51,997 nucleotides of DNA from Girardia tigrina (GCA_001938485.1 MQRK01217323.1:1-51997), one strand, 5' to 3'. Numbered from the stretch's first letter, positions 22,426-36,145 are shown. The notes: generated by a model not told the origin, from the sequence alone. Numbers and translations: made by a program.

Positions 22426-23491
22426 AGATATCTAGATATTTTAAAATATCTAGATACTAGATATTTTGTGATGATGATAGATATCATTAAGAACAGTTGC
22501 AGTTGTTTTGTAGTTCATTGTTACCAGAGGTATCTTCATGTATTCGATTCTTATTCATGTATTCTGTTCTTAAGAACTGCATATCATTATTGTAACAGGC
22601 TTTCAATAAAGGGTAATTGCAATGAGGCAAACTTATATAATATATATTATTGAGAAAAAACAATTGCCCTTAAAGATTCAAATAATTTACAATTTATATT
22701 TTATATTTATAAATTTTTAATTAAAATATATTTTAAATATTTTTATATTTCTGACGGCAGAAATTCACGATTTCTAATATTATTATTGTTTGACTGTCGT
22801 CTAAATATCGAGGACGATATTTTTATTGGGGAGAGATTTGTTAGGGTTTTGGAAAAAGCATATGAACAATTATAATATTTAAATTAATGATATTATTATA
22901 TCATTAAGAAAAAAAATTAAATGTAATATTTAATATCATTAAATGTATTTTTAGATTTTAGGCAATTTAATTATTTTTTAATTAGATGGACTATTCACAA
23001 TTGCCTTTGAATTTGCGAATAAAATCTATGGCTGTCAAGATTTATAACGTTCGGCTTCACTTCCTACCATATCATTTTGAAACACGCCCAATTATTAGCA
23101 GTGATGAGCACAGGCGGAACAATTTAATATTTGATATTAAAATATTGGAAAGAAAAAACGGACTAGATAGTTAAGACAATTATACTTGTATTAATGCTTT
23201 CAAAGCTGTCTGTGAAAAATAAATATTTTCTTTTCAAATTGTAATATATTTATTTTTTCTATTTTAGATTCATTACAAAATACATTTTGGATTCTATGTG
23301 TGTGATATTATTTTTAAATTAGAGGCATTATTCACATATTTTAAAATTGAACGTTTAAATTGACCGAATCCTCTGGAATACGGAATCTCCTGGACGGTGG
23401 TCCTTAGAGGTATACACCATTGATTAACATAAAGGTTAACGTGCTAATATAACATTTTGTATACATTGTTATATATATTGAAATATACATA

Positions 23492-24118
23492 TTGGAGCGG
23501 AAGCCGTGCCTCAAAATTAAACATGTTCCCATTGATTGATTTTCAAAATTTATATTTTTATGTTTCAACTAAATATCGAGCTTTTCTTTGACGTTTATTA
23601 TTTCCGATTCTAATTTTAATTTGTCTTTGCCTTTTAGAGCCGATTCCATAAATTATTTTTGAGTTTTATCTTCTTTAGCCTTTTTCAATTCAAAATCAGA
23701 CATCACTTACTTTTTGAATTCTCGGTTTTTATTGAACGCTTCAATTTCAGCTTCAAGTGATGTCAGTAGCGACAGTAAATAATGGAAAGTTTTAATGAAT
23801 AAAACGATAAGAATTTTTCATGAAACGTTCGTTCATACATTAATAGCCATTGGAAATTATTTTTTTGTAATTGACATTTTGAATTGATTTGCAAAACATC
23901 TTTTATTACAAAGTCGCATTCACACAGATCTAAAAAATCACTTAAATTTCTTTTCAAATTTCGCTAAAATCTAAACAATTCTTTTTATTCGACTAAACAA
24001 AATTCACTTAAACAAAGTCGATCGCTTTCTACAAATAGCACATTAAAAAGTCCAAAACGTGGCCAATAACACAAGTCAATTGAACATGTTTAATATTGAG
24101 ACAGGGCTTCCGCTCCAA
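23492..24118. mobile_element. 627-bp segment bounded by 37-bp inverted repeats (non-autonomous TIR element?)
   Basis: ttggagcggaagccgtgcctcaaaattaaacatgttc versus gaacatgtttaatattgagacagggcttccgctccaa, 34/37 complementary. Confidence 0.65.
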
Positions 24119-25305
24119 AATTTGGTGGCCAAGATGGGGCTGATGTCCGCAATATTCAAATGTCGGGCCCATGTCCCCATTAAAAAGTACATGGGCCGTG
24201 TCCTACAAAATCAAAATATAAGGCTCCGGATTCGAACAATGTCAAAACTAAGATCTAAGATCGTTCAGAAATGTCAGAGTTGGGCAGAGAATGAGTCTGG
24301 AGCTACATAATAGGTGTGTTGATTTTGCTTGGAGTGCTGTGTGTGGTCTTATTTTTGGTGCGTGCATAATTAAAAATTATAATTTTTTAATAATAATTAT
24401 AAAAATAATGATAAAAGTAAAATTTTTATTAATAATAATTAAAAAAATGTTCATGAAAAAATTTGGCAAATAAATCGAAAACCCAATTAAGTATGCAAAG
24501 AATAGTGGAAAACATGTCTAGATAAAAATTGTAAATAATAATAAACTGATTCTTTCTGTGGTAAAAAATTGGTTGAATTTTTGTTAATGATTGACGAGGT
24601 AATTATTTTGAAAGAAATAGAAGGCTCAATATTCGATCAAGAAGCGGAGAAAATTGGAGCGGACACAAATCAATTGATAACAAATTTTTTGATTTAAAAA
24701 CGTCCAATAAATCACTCCATTAATTCGAGTTAAATTTCGCCACACATTAAAAAATTTTTTAATTTGGCAATAAATGATATTTTTTATTTAATTCATTTTT
24801 AATTATTTAATTATTGATTTATTTATAGCAAATATTCGGTCAAACCGATTAATTTCCATTCCACATATTAATATAAAAATTGTCTTGTGTTATTATTTAT
24901 TGAATAAAACGAATTCATAAATAAAGACAAGATTTTATTTATTTAATTTAATTTATTTATTTCATTGGCACAACTTCTACCTGTGGTACTATTTCATTTT
25001 GAAACGATCAGTATTAATGGTAATCAGTGTAATATTTAAAGCGAGGTAAATATATCGGATTGTATCGAATCGCTCTGATTTGTCAATCGTAATCATCCTA
25101 ATAATTTTTTATTGATTTTGTATAGAATCGTATATAATTACTGCTCTATTATTATTTTTATAATTTATTTATTTAATATAATTTATAAATAATACGACTG
25201 TTATTTTACATAATTTTGAGACTTATCATTCATATCCTTCTTATGAATTTGTCAATGTGACTTTTAACTCTGAACTTAATTAGTCAAATTAACAAGGAAA
25301 CGTTA

Positions 25306-26032
25306 ATGGGGAGACGTAGTAATGAGAACAGTGATGGCAGAGTTATCTAAATTACCAAAAATTCCGATCGCGGCGGGAGGATGCTCGTTGGATCCGTCCC
25401 GAGGAGACTGATTTTTTGACGTATCGTTCGTCACAATCAGAGACAAATTCGCGGAAAAATCACAAATTTTGGAATCCCAATTGGCGAGATTCATTTGATC
25501 CAAAAAATCAATATTTTAGAAAAAAATCTCGCCAACCTTTTTGATATGGGTATCAAAATGATCAGACGGAGGACGGGAATGCGGATAAATTTGAATCATC
25601 AAAGTCGGGCAATAATCGGCGAAGAAATCGGAACAACTCGAATTCCAAGATGGACGATGAGAAACGATATTTTAGAAATTTCTACTCACAACCCTATCAA
25701 AATGGTTTTAAAAATCATCGATATGACGAGATGGACCCGAAGAAAGATTAACAAGGTCACTCAAAACACTCTAGAAACCGACACGTCAAGTGGATCGATA
25801 GAAATGTGAAAATCTATTACTCGCCGGAATATGAACGTTCTCAATGAAATGAAAAAAATCGAAAACAAGAAATGTTCATATATTTTGAAGATGACTTTAC
25901 ACCAATTGATCAATATCAGAATTGATCAAAACGAGAACATGGTGCTTTGACGCACTGACGAGAACAGGGTGCTTGGACGTACCAAGAAGAGGAAATGATG
26001 AGACTGTAATCGATTCGCCGGATGTTCTCCAG
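25306..26032 (+). pseudogene. Decayed exon of an unknown hydrophilic R/S/N/D-rich protein
   Basis: One frame (25335-26032) reads as coherent protein (..RSRREDARWIRPEETDF..NNRRRNRNNSNSK..EEEMMRL..) through 6 stops and ends at AG|GT. Confidence 0.5.
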
Positions 26033-26245
26033 GTGATTTTTGAAATTTTAGATGCGTATAGATTCCTTAATCTTCAGTTTGTGAAATTAAGTAATAAAAA
26101 TAAAAGATTAAATAATATAATGAGGATTATAGTACTCGAATCTTTTTATATGTTTAAAAATATAAATTATGAGCTATCTCCGCGCCTTAATATGTGCACT
26201 CATAGGACCTAAAAAACCGTTATTATAATTATTCAATTAATTGAG

Positions 26246-26816
26246 TGTGCAATCCCAATGTTTAAACTAAAACAAGGCATTATAATTAAAGAGTTGTCTT
26301 CTCGCAGACAAATTCTGTTCACCCTCGTAAACACTGTACACTCTCGCTGTACTTTGTTTAATAACTTGTGGTTTGCCCATGATATTCATACTGGGCTGAT
26401 TTCGGCAAATACCTTCAAACGCGAAATTTCCAATATGCCGAAAAAACTAGTAAAACCTACAGCTGAAACTGAATGTCAATCATCCGCTTCTGTCAGATCC
26501 ACATCTCTCTCAACGGTTCATCCCCCTATCACTCCTTCTTTGTCTTCCCCCCTTGTTACATCTTCACCTCTTTCTATTGCTCCTGCAATAGTGTCATCTA
26601 CTGCTCTGATTGTCTCATCTCCATGCATTTCCACCCGTCTTATTTACTTCTCTCTCTACCATCTCCATTTCTCCTCATTTTTTCTCCCTCATGACTACAA
26701 ATCCTGAATCTTCCACAAATATCAATACTGCAGGTTGTTCTGATCAACAACAATAACCAACAAATTAGTTATCAGAACAACCGATCGAAAATAATAATAA
26801 TAATTGGGATTGCACA
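26246..26816. mobile_element. 571-bp element with 14-bp perfect terminal inverted repeats (TIRs) and an S/P-rich ORF remnant
   Basis: tgtgcaatcccaat / attgggattgcaca; no TSD recognised. Confidence 0.5.
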
Positions 26817-27072
26817 AAATTCATAAATATGATTTAAATACAAAACTAAACGCCCTTTGAACACAACTAGATAAACTTAGGTAGAAAGATTTGTAAATTA
26901 AATTGTAAATAAATCGAATATGAATACAATATATGAAGCTAATTTTGGATTAAAATTATCAAAAATTGACTTTTAAATCATTAACTTTAATTATAAAGCT
27001 AAAATTTAAAAATTTAATAGGTCAATACAGTCAATTTTTTAGGTTAAATTTTTACATTGTTCAGTCAAAATT

Positions 27073-27895
27073 TTGGTTGCCCTTGTGATGACCTTCAGAA
27101 TTAGAGACAACCGAAATGCTTTACAGTATGGGTACCGTAATCGACAGGCAACGGCACATGATGTCACTATATCTGCAACAAAGAATTCGTGGTTCTTTGA
27201 AGCACGAATTGACTTCAAGAGGATTTTGATTATAACATTGTTATTTGTCCAAAGGCAAACAGATTATCGCACACTAATCTCGAACATTTCCTTCGTTGAC
27301 CAACAAGCATCTAGAGAGACCACTGCTGATCGGTGGTCCTACTGTAGACAAGTGACGCCCTCCTGGTGTGAGGAACACCAGACAGAAAGAAAACTACCGG
27401 AAACGGTGTCGTCGTCGAAATCGACGAAACAAAGATAGGACTGCGAAAATATAACCAAGGACGGCTGATAGAAGGATCGTGAGTTATCGGTGTGGTAGAA
27501 TTATTAACATGGGACGTACAATTACGTGGAGAATTTAGTATGGAAATCTGCCCTGGCAATGGCAGAAATGCTGACACCATGTCGCCTATTATTCAGAGGT
27601 ACGTCGAGGTTGGGACGAAAATGTGCTTGGACGAATGAAAGGCATAATACAGATTAAGCGATCTCGATTATGAACATTTCTCGGTTAATCACTCTAGAGA
27701 ATCCAATAATAGAGAAACAGGTGCGCATAAACAGACGATAGAGAGCATGCGGGGTAAATTAAAACGGCTGTTATCCTATAGATTTCTTCGGAATAATCTG
27801 CAAGCACATCTTTGCGAATTCCTTTGGAGACGCCATGTTAGAAATAATAATTTGAACTGCTTTGAATTTGTTACAATGTATTTGGAAATTGTATG
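27073..27895 (+). mobile_element. Merlin (IS1595/ISXO2-like) transposase pseudogene
   Basis: KNSWF...WSYCRQV; GNGVVVEIDETKIGLRKYNQGR; RNADT...DE*KA*..L...YEHFSVNHS; TGAHKQTIES; HLCEFLWRR. Confidence 0.92.
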
Positions 27896-29040
27896 ATCTT
27901 AATGTCAATGGTTATGATCAATAAATTCATTTGTTTCCGGTTACTTCTGTTAGAGTTATATAATTGATTAAAATATTATTGATTTATTGTGTTTATCTTG
28001 TAATCTTGTATCTCTATCTTGACAAATGTATTAATCTCTGTTATATCTATTATTATTTATCATTTTATTGAGTTTATAAATTTATCGTAAATAAAATTTA
28101 ATTTATATATTTTTAAAAAAATTATATTTTTAATTTTATAAGTTTAACAATTTTGTCACGCACTATGCATTCATTTTTGTCAAGCATAGAAATACACATA
28201 CGCTCGGGTAGTCGCTACAAGGCAATTTTGGATCCCCATCGTACTGGATTCAAATTAGATAACATCCAAACTGTCAACCTTTCGTCATTCAATTATGCAC
28301 AAGTGAACGATTTGTTTTGGTGGACAAATTGATTTCTATTAATACATTATGAAACGCTGCTGATTTCTTTTTAAATGAATATAATTTTAACTGTGTTAAA
28401 TTATTTTAAAATGAAATTTCAGTGATTAAATTCTCAGTGTTAAAAGTCGTAGTTGTAAAGTTAAAATTGGTATCTCCAAATATATATTAAAAGTTTGAAA
28501 TAATCGCAAAATTTGACATTTGTGGATCACGAAAAATGTGTTTTTGAGTTGTGAAAAAAACTGACCCTATTTATTAGTGATATCCTTCAAAAAATAATAT
28601 TTTTAATTCTAATTATTTTTAATTAATTATTTTCAAATTTGATTTTTTTATTCATTTGACAATTTCAAATAAAATTATTCTTATAATTTAATATTTCATG
28701 GGGAATACAAATAAAATCAAGACATTTTTATCGCAATGAGAATTCTTGTGGGAGAAACTAATCATGGGCCAGCTATTGTAACTTCCTCAGATGCGCCAAA
28801 GATGATATTTCCGATTTTAAGCGGCACGGCATTGACCAAAATCGATCTTCGTTTAATTTTCCATGTTCATGTCGTCGTAATGGATGAACATAAAACCATA
28901 CTATCAATCATAGATTGTTTTAGATAGTTTGTTTGTCCGCTTATCACTGATTCAGTCATTTACATCGTGCTATAAAGTGCGATATGAATAATGGGGAATG
29001 ACTGTACAATGGGAAAGGATAAGCATATTACAGGCGGTTT

Positions 29041-29230
29041 ACTTTTGATCGTGGAGGACAAGGACGAAAACCAGGGCACGTATATCTTCGGCCAGATCGT
29101 GTCGGGAATCGTGAGAAAGAAGCAATTGTACATGCTGATGCCGAACAAGAAAAAGATCGTGGTCGAGCAGATCATCAAGGACGATATCCGGTTGGACACG
29201 GCGGTGGCCGGGGAATATGTCAAGTTGAAG
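29041..29230 (+). pseudogene. GSPT1: eRF3 domain II fragment, copy 1 (ends at a GT donor)
   Basis: IVEDKDENQGTYIFGQIVSGIVRKKQLYMLMPNKKKIVVEQIIKDDIRLDTAVAGEYVKLK (compare eRF3 IVDKYKDMGTVVLGKLESG...MMPNK...GENLK). Confidence 0.8.
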
Positions 29231-29342
29231 GTGCCTTTAATTATCGATTTTCTTTTCTGTTTTGTAGACTTGTTTTTAATTAAAAATTTCACGAAGATAT
29301 TTTATTAGATTATTATTATTATTACATTATTATTATTATTGC

Positions 29343-29483
29343 AGGACAAGGATGAAAACCAGGGCACGTATATCTTCGGCCAGATCGTGTCAGGAATCGT
29401 GAGAAAGAAGCAATTGTACATGCTGATGCCGAACAAGAAAAAGATCGGCCGCGGCGGTGGCCGGGGAATATGTCAAGTTGAAG
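29343..29483 (+). pseudogene. GSPT1: eRF3 fragment, copy 2 (tandem, internal deletion)
   Basis: Near-identical to copy 1, including about 85 bp of downstream intron-like sequence. Confidence 0.8.
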
Positions 29484-30269
29484 GTGCCTTTAATTATCGA
29501 TTTTCGCTTCTGTTTTGTAGACTTGTTTTTAATTAAAAATTTCACGAACATATTTTATTAGATTATTATCATAATTTAATTAATTCATAAATAATCAATA
29601 ATAGAAGGGGAAGCAGTTACAATAAAAGTAAAAATTATTCTAATAACACAATGATGATATTATTATGTTATATTTATATTTAAATGATAAAGTTATTCGA
29701 ATCAGAACTGAACAGTTGTTCCTGGGAGGTCAGTATTTATAACTCACATTCGGGTTAAATTTTCATTTTGAATTTTGTATAATTGTTCTATATATATATA
29801 TATATTAAATAAACGTAAATAAACGTATTTCAACTTCAGTTAAAATCTCTTGTTCAGCTACAATATCGAGATTGTAATAAAGATTTCTAATATCTTTGTG
29901 TCATTAGTAATTGATAAACTATTTTTTTGTTAAATTAAAGGAGTACAGATTCAGTAGATGTTTCTGTATAAAACTTTTTTGTTAATCCACATTCGGGTGA
30001 AGGAATTAAACCTCTTCCACCAAATGTTTTAACAAAATTATCAGTATTTTATAGTGATTTTTAATGTGTTTTCTAATTATTTTTTTTAATTTTAAAATCT
30101 TTGTTGGCAAAGTAAAGTTCTGTCTGCATAAAGAATCGATAGAAAAAATTATTTTTTTGATTTTCTAGTTTATTCTCAAATAATTACAAAAATATTTTGT
30201 AAATTTAAATTTCTTATTATCAATCTACGATTTCTCAAACTACCATTTTATAAATCGTATTTGAGAGAT

Positions 30270-30707
30270 CGTATGCCGACTGTAAACACATGGGGAAGTG
30301 AGATTTAGCAAGTTTCCACGTGACAGGAGCGGCGTGTGTTTGAGGAAGGAAGATGAGGACCGCAGGAAAATGCCGAAGGTAATTGGAGGATTTAAAGAAC
30401 ATCATGAAAAAAGAGACTGCATGCCATGCTGGGGCATCTGCGGATCGTTCCTGAGGGACGCGGCGCCAGAGAGCGAGTGTCCGTGGTATCGTGGACCGAC
30501 TCTGCTCCAGTACCTAAATGAGATGAGCGCGATTGATCACAATATCAACGGGCCGCTGCTATTGATCGTGGAGGACAAAGATGAAAACCAGGGCACGTAT
30601 ATCTTCGGCCAGATCGTGTCAGGAATCGTGATAAAGAAGCAATTGTACATGCTGATGCCGAACAAGAAAAGGATCGTGGTCGAGCAGATCATCAAGGACG
30701 ATATCCG
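30270..30707 (+). pseudogene. GSPT1: eRF3 fragment, copy 3 (end of G domain plus domain II)
   Basis: PTVN.W; MPCWGICGSFL...CPWYRGPTLLQYLNEM...INGPLLLIVEDK. Confidence 0.85.
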
Positions 30708-30799
30708 AGAATGGCACTAAAATCGATGAGCTCTGGGAGTGGCTGCCATGCTCAAACTGCCGCTCTGAGATCAAATGGTATGATGGGATTTAGAACTAA

Positions 30800-31030
30800 T
30801 AAAAAGGAAAAACAATATTTTACTTGTAATTGATAATTGTCCTTCACAAAACATTATTGATTTAAAATCAATGATATTAATCAAGGGATAATTAAGTATT
30901 TTAAATCAAAATTTGCAGATTCGTACGAAAAACTCTTAAAGAAGCGATTGTTTGGATAAGATTTGCATGGGAGAATTGGCTAATATAACAATTGTAAAAT
31001 GCTTTAGAATTCTAGTTGGTATGAGAAAAC
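30800..31030 (+). mobile_element. pogo/Tigger DDE remnant
   Basis: RKNNILLVIDNCPSQ...NQGIIKYFKSKF. Confidence 0.65.
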
Positions 31031-34000
31031 CGTGAGTCTTGAAATAAAAATTAAATTTGAAGTTGAAGTTTTTGATGATTTTATTAGTAAAGTTAATATT
31101 TGACATTCCGTTGATAAGATGAGTTTAATTAGTTTTATCATTGAAACATACGTATTGAAAAAAAATTTTAATACATACATTGAAACAAAGACTTCTTTGA
31201 TCAGGTTATTATTATTATTTTTTCAATTAATGAATCATCGAATCAATTTCAATTTAATCAATTTAATTCGGCCAGTATGTGACCATTGGTGTGTTTGAGA
31301 GTTGGGGTGCCGAATTGGTGAGAGATTCAAATAACTGATTGAAATAAATATCTCGCTCTGATTGGCTAAGCCAAATTAATAGGGAAAATATTTTCGTATT
31401 TCATTTTCAATGTCAGTTTCTAAAAAATTAATTTATGATTGATTTAATGTTATTTGAAATTTTCGAGAGCGAACATGTTTGATTTCGAATTTATTGAACT
31501 GTGTTTTTCAGTTGAATCGCTTAATTTTGAGTTGTTGTCTGAATCATAAAATTTATTACGAAACATTTGAATATAATAATGTCGAATTATTATCTGAATT
31601 GTATTTTATTACAATATAATTGAGTCAAATTACAGAATTATTTTTTTAATCGAATTTTACAATTATATTTGAGTCGACTGATATCATCGTCCGTTCATCA
31701 GGGCAACATGTGGATCGGGCGGTACACTGTCGATCATAAGTTATTGGCAAATCAATAAAAATAATAAATAGCAATAAGAAATTATAGGAATTATTAAGTT
31801 TAAAAATCTATACAAAAAATGAATATTGCATAAAATTGTATTATAGATATAGATTTTTAATATAACTAAAACAAGACCTTCATTATGAACGACAATTTAA
31901 ATGTAATTAACAGTAAATATCTCAAAAATGACTTTCCTTCCCAAGTAAAAATAAACTTATGCCATTAATGAAAATTTTTTAATGAAATTTTATTTTGGAA
32001 CCTTAACACAATAGATATTTTTTACAAGAATATAAGCTACTGGGCCGAATAAAAATACTTCTTGGAACAATAGGAACGAAAAAAAACAAATGGTGAAACT
32101 AATGTTGGTGAATAAAAATGTTAATATGCAAGTCATTTATATAAATGATATATTTATAATTGTAATAAATCTTTCGAAGTTTATATCGTTTTTTTAAGTG
32201 ATGAACATTGCTATTTTTTAGCGTTGCCTGAAATTTTCGTCAGCAGACGGTATTGCGTTTTAGGAAATTTTATTCTTTCCTCTGTAATACTGAACTGTTA
32301 CAAGTTTTTAAAGAAAGAAAAAAAAATCAAACCTGGTGTTATGTAAAAATTTATTTATTTTGTTAAAAGAGAAGAAAGAAATGAAGAAAAATAAAAAAAA
32401 TTTAGTCAAATTACTGCGATTATAAACTAAAAGAAATAATTAATTCCAAAAAAATAATCAATAAAGATTAAAGATGAAAAAATAATTGAAAATTAAAATT
32501 CAAGCAACCAATTTAGAGGCATCTAATCAAGTAAAAATCCTGAACTCAGTATTTCCAATTTCCGGCAAACATTCAACTTGTTTTTAGAGAAAGTATACAA
32601 GTTTATCGTATGAACATTTTTTGTTATTTCATCTATTGTAACAAATCATTTATCATTGTATTATATTTAAATCTTGTCATCACATTACATAAGTTTATTA
32701 GTTTTTTTATTTTTATTCTATCTAAAACTAATCACTTCGTGTCAAGTAATTAGTTTCCAATACGGCCTGTTTGACTCAACATTAACATATATCGTACGAA
32801 CAATTATCCAGAGACAAATATCATATTTTGTTTTGTTTCATTATAATTAAAATACTACCATAATAATAATAAATTTAAAATACATTTATTTATTTAATAT
32901 TTATATAATTATTTACGTTTTGTATTACAAGAAATAAAAAAATAAAATATCAAACTTTAGCTGAATATACTATTTTTGATATTATTAAAACCGTAGAGGT
33001 CAAGAAATTAAATGCAATAAATTCAAAATTTTAACAAAAACTAAACGAAGTCGGCGCAGTTGCGCGTCTGCGGCCTTTTTATGGGTCCTAGGTTGCGGGT
33101 CAATTACATAAAATCTATTCCCACCGTGGTATGATTCAACTAATAGTTGATACGCTTATAACATTTGGGAATAAATTAACGATCCAGAGAAAATTTAGAT
33201 CACTCGCATTTCTAATAATTCATTTTCGGTTAATAAGTTACTTTTAAAATTTGTGTATTTTCCTGTTTTACCTATGATTAAAAACCGATTCGAAATTATA
33301 CTCGATTAAATTCAAATTATGCAACGAATCAAAGCCGTCTACAATTTATTATTGTATTTCCGTTCGAAACGTATTTCAAATTAAAATTTTCTAACAAAGC
33401 ATTTTTTAGAAAAATTTAATTTAATTCAAAATTCTTTTAAAACAAAATTCGCCAGATCAAAGTACCACAAAATTTCCTTCGATTAAAAATCTCGATATAA
33501 AATTTCGATTCACAAAATAAGAACGATATCAATTAAATTCTAAATACAAAATTTCATTCATAAGTCACCAATAATGTTCAAAATTTCCAAAATAATCAAA
33601 ATCTAAAAAATTGTTTCCATTATAAATAAATTTCATTTCTTATCATTTATTGTTTTATTCAATGTGTTTTTCTGTGTTTCTAAAAAAATTAAAATTCTAA
33701 ATTGTCATTTTTTAATGATTTTTGTTCGATTTATGAAATTTGGTGTCGATTATGTTTTCTTTTTCAAAAGATTTTCAAAATTTATCTTACTTAAATTCAA
33801 TATTTGATTTGTCAACGATTCGATTAATTGATTTGAAATATCCTCTAATTTCGATTAATAAAAAAATAATTTATCAATTCGAATAAAGAAACTATTAGGT
33901 AAAATATTTTGAGAAATTTAAATTTAAAATTAGTTAAATATTGTCAAAACTATTCACGGATCATATTCGGAGAAACAAGAAAGGACAAGTTTGAACTCAA

Positions 34001-34821
34001 GAATCATATTGAAAAACCCACATTTTGAATCCTCAACTGCATTTTTAAAAGAACATGCATGCAAAACTATTTGAAGTGAATCAGAATGACTTGTATTCGA
34101 GGAAATTTGGAATATGTGTATAATAAATAAATTAAATATAATTAGTTATAGTAAAATTCAAAATCAAATAAAATTTACAAAGTTTAAATTTATATTTAAA
34201 TTATATCTTTGTGTTTTATCTATTATTTATTTGTTTCAAATTTTAAATATATGTTCCAACCTTTTAGATGTTGATCTTTAGACTAAAGCTTCCCTTAATA
34301 TTTAGGGACTTCGTTAGGAAATTTCCGAAGTCAATTATTTAAATTATTTAACTTGTATTGTTTGTAAATTGAAATTTAAATCTTTTCGCAAAATATAAGT
34401 CATTTTGGTCATTTGATTTACTATTTAAAAATTATAAAAAAAGATAAATTTTATAAAGAGACCTTCGACAGATATGTTAAATTTTTAGTTTTATTGTTCA
34501 TCTCATTAAATTCTTACGAGTTTCATAACTTACGAAAACACCTTTTCTTAACAACAATATAAATCAAATTAAGTTTTAATAAATTACAAGTCTTGCAAAA
34601 AATAATATTTTATATCTATAAATATAAAGACTTAAATGACTATTTTTTATTTTTTACTTTGGTAAGTTTGGATAATTTGACAAATGGAAAACTACTCAAA
34701 GATACTCATCAATTTAAAAAAAAGAAGGTTATAGAATTGTTAAAGGACAATCAACTTTAAAGAATTCAATTTTAATTAAAGCAAGAAATTCTTAATGAAG
34801 CTATCGAAGAGTCAATATTCC

Positions 34822-36123
34822 CCCATTTTTAATTTACTTTATCATAATTATAATAAGAAAAGTTTAATTTTAAAAATAATTAGAAATCTATGCATTGTAT
34901 AGCAATGCAGAAATTTATAATTTAATTNAATAAAAAATACGAAATCTTAACTAATAATTTATTATTAGAGNTTGCCCAATTATTCTCATTTTATTGGTTA
35001 TTTCAATATTAAAGAAAATGTTGGTGCGAGAGAGGATGCAATGCAATCGCAGTCATAATGCTCTGGTGATGGGATGTGAAGATTTTTGGACGAAGGAAGG
35101 ATGAATGAAAAATAATCTGACTCATTCGATCAACAATCATTTTCTTTTTGCTTGACTCTCCTACGACCATCTTTTTCACTTCTTCCAATGCGAAAAACGT
35201 GCTTCTAATAATTGCGAAAGACATATGGCCCTCTTCAGGGCCAAAATTTGTGATGGAGAATTGGTGACGAATTAGACAGTGAAAGTCTCGGTAGAGAACC
35301 CAGTCCCTAGACTGCTTGAGCCAGTCTTGCACCATGTCTGTGATTGGAAAAACTCACGGTTACCGCTCACACTGCTCTTTACCATTATAACACTCGATCA
35401 TTTTATCGCAGCAAATCGGCAATCTGTTATATGGATTCAAGACCACANNNNNNNNNNNNNNNNNNNNNNNNNNNNNNNNNNNNNNNNNNNNNNNNNNCCC
35501 ATTTTTAATTTACTTTATCATAATTATAATAAGAAAAGTTTAATTTTAAAAATAATTAGAAATCTATGCATTGTATAGCAATGCAGAAATTTATAATTTA
35601 ATTTAATAAAAAATACGAAATCTTAACTAATAATTTATTATTAGAGATTGCCCAATTATTCTCATTTTATTGGTTATTTCAATATTAAAGAAAATGTTGG
35701 TGCGAGAGAGGATGCAATGCAATCGCAGTCATAATGCTCTGGTGATGGGATGTGAAGATTTTTGGACGAAGGAAGGATGAATGAAAAATAATCTGACTCA
35801 TTCGATCAACAATCATTTTCTTTTTGCTTGACTCTCCTACGACCATCTTTTTCACTTCTTCCAATGCGAAAAACGTGCTTCTAATAATTGCGAAAGACAT
35901 ATGGCCCTCTTCAGGGCCAAAATTTGTGATGGAGAATTGGTGACGAATTAGACAGTGAAAGTCTCGGTAGAGAACCCAGTCCCTAGACTGCTTGAGCCAG
36001 TCTTGCACCATGTCTGTGATTGGAAAAACTCACGGTTACCGCTCACACTGCTCTTTACCATTATAACACTCGATCATTTTATCGCAGCAAATCGGCAATC
36101 TGTTATATGGATTCAAGACCACA
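34822..36123. repeat. About 626-bp direct duplication flanking an N gap (34822-35447 = 35498-36123), likely an assembly artefact
   Basis: Identical ORFs offset by 676 bp, with the gap between the copies. Confidence 0.9.
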
Positions 36124-36145
36124 CAGAACATTCCCGAATAAATAA
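35810..36145 (-). pseudogene. Myosin II heavy-chain motor-domain fragment, decayed (partial duplicate at about 35135-35447)
   Basis: IYSGMFCVVLNPYNRLPICCDKMIECYNGKEQCER*P*VFPITD-MVQD..KQS...GES (compare TYSGLFCVVINPYK.LPIY...YKGK...PPHIFAI.D...MLQD...QS...GES). Confidence 0.8.

Noticed and set aside
31000-34800. Long AT-rich stretch
   Set aside because: No ORF, RNA gene, periodic repeat or terminal structure that I could support.
34822-36123. Biological tandem duplication of the myosin fragment
   Set aside because: Identical copies flank an N gap, typical of a scaffolding artefact.
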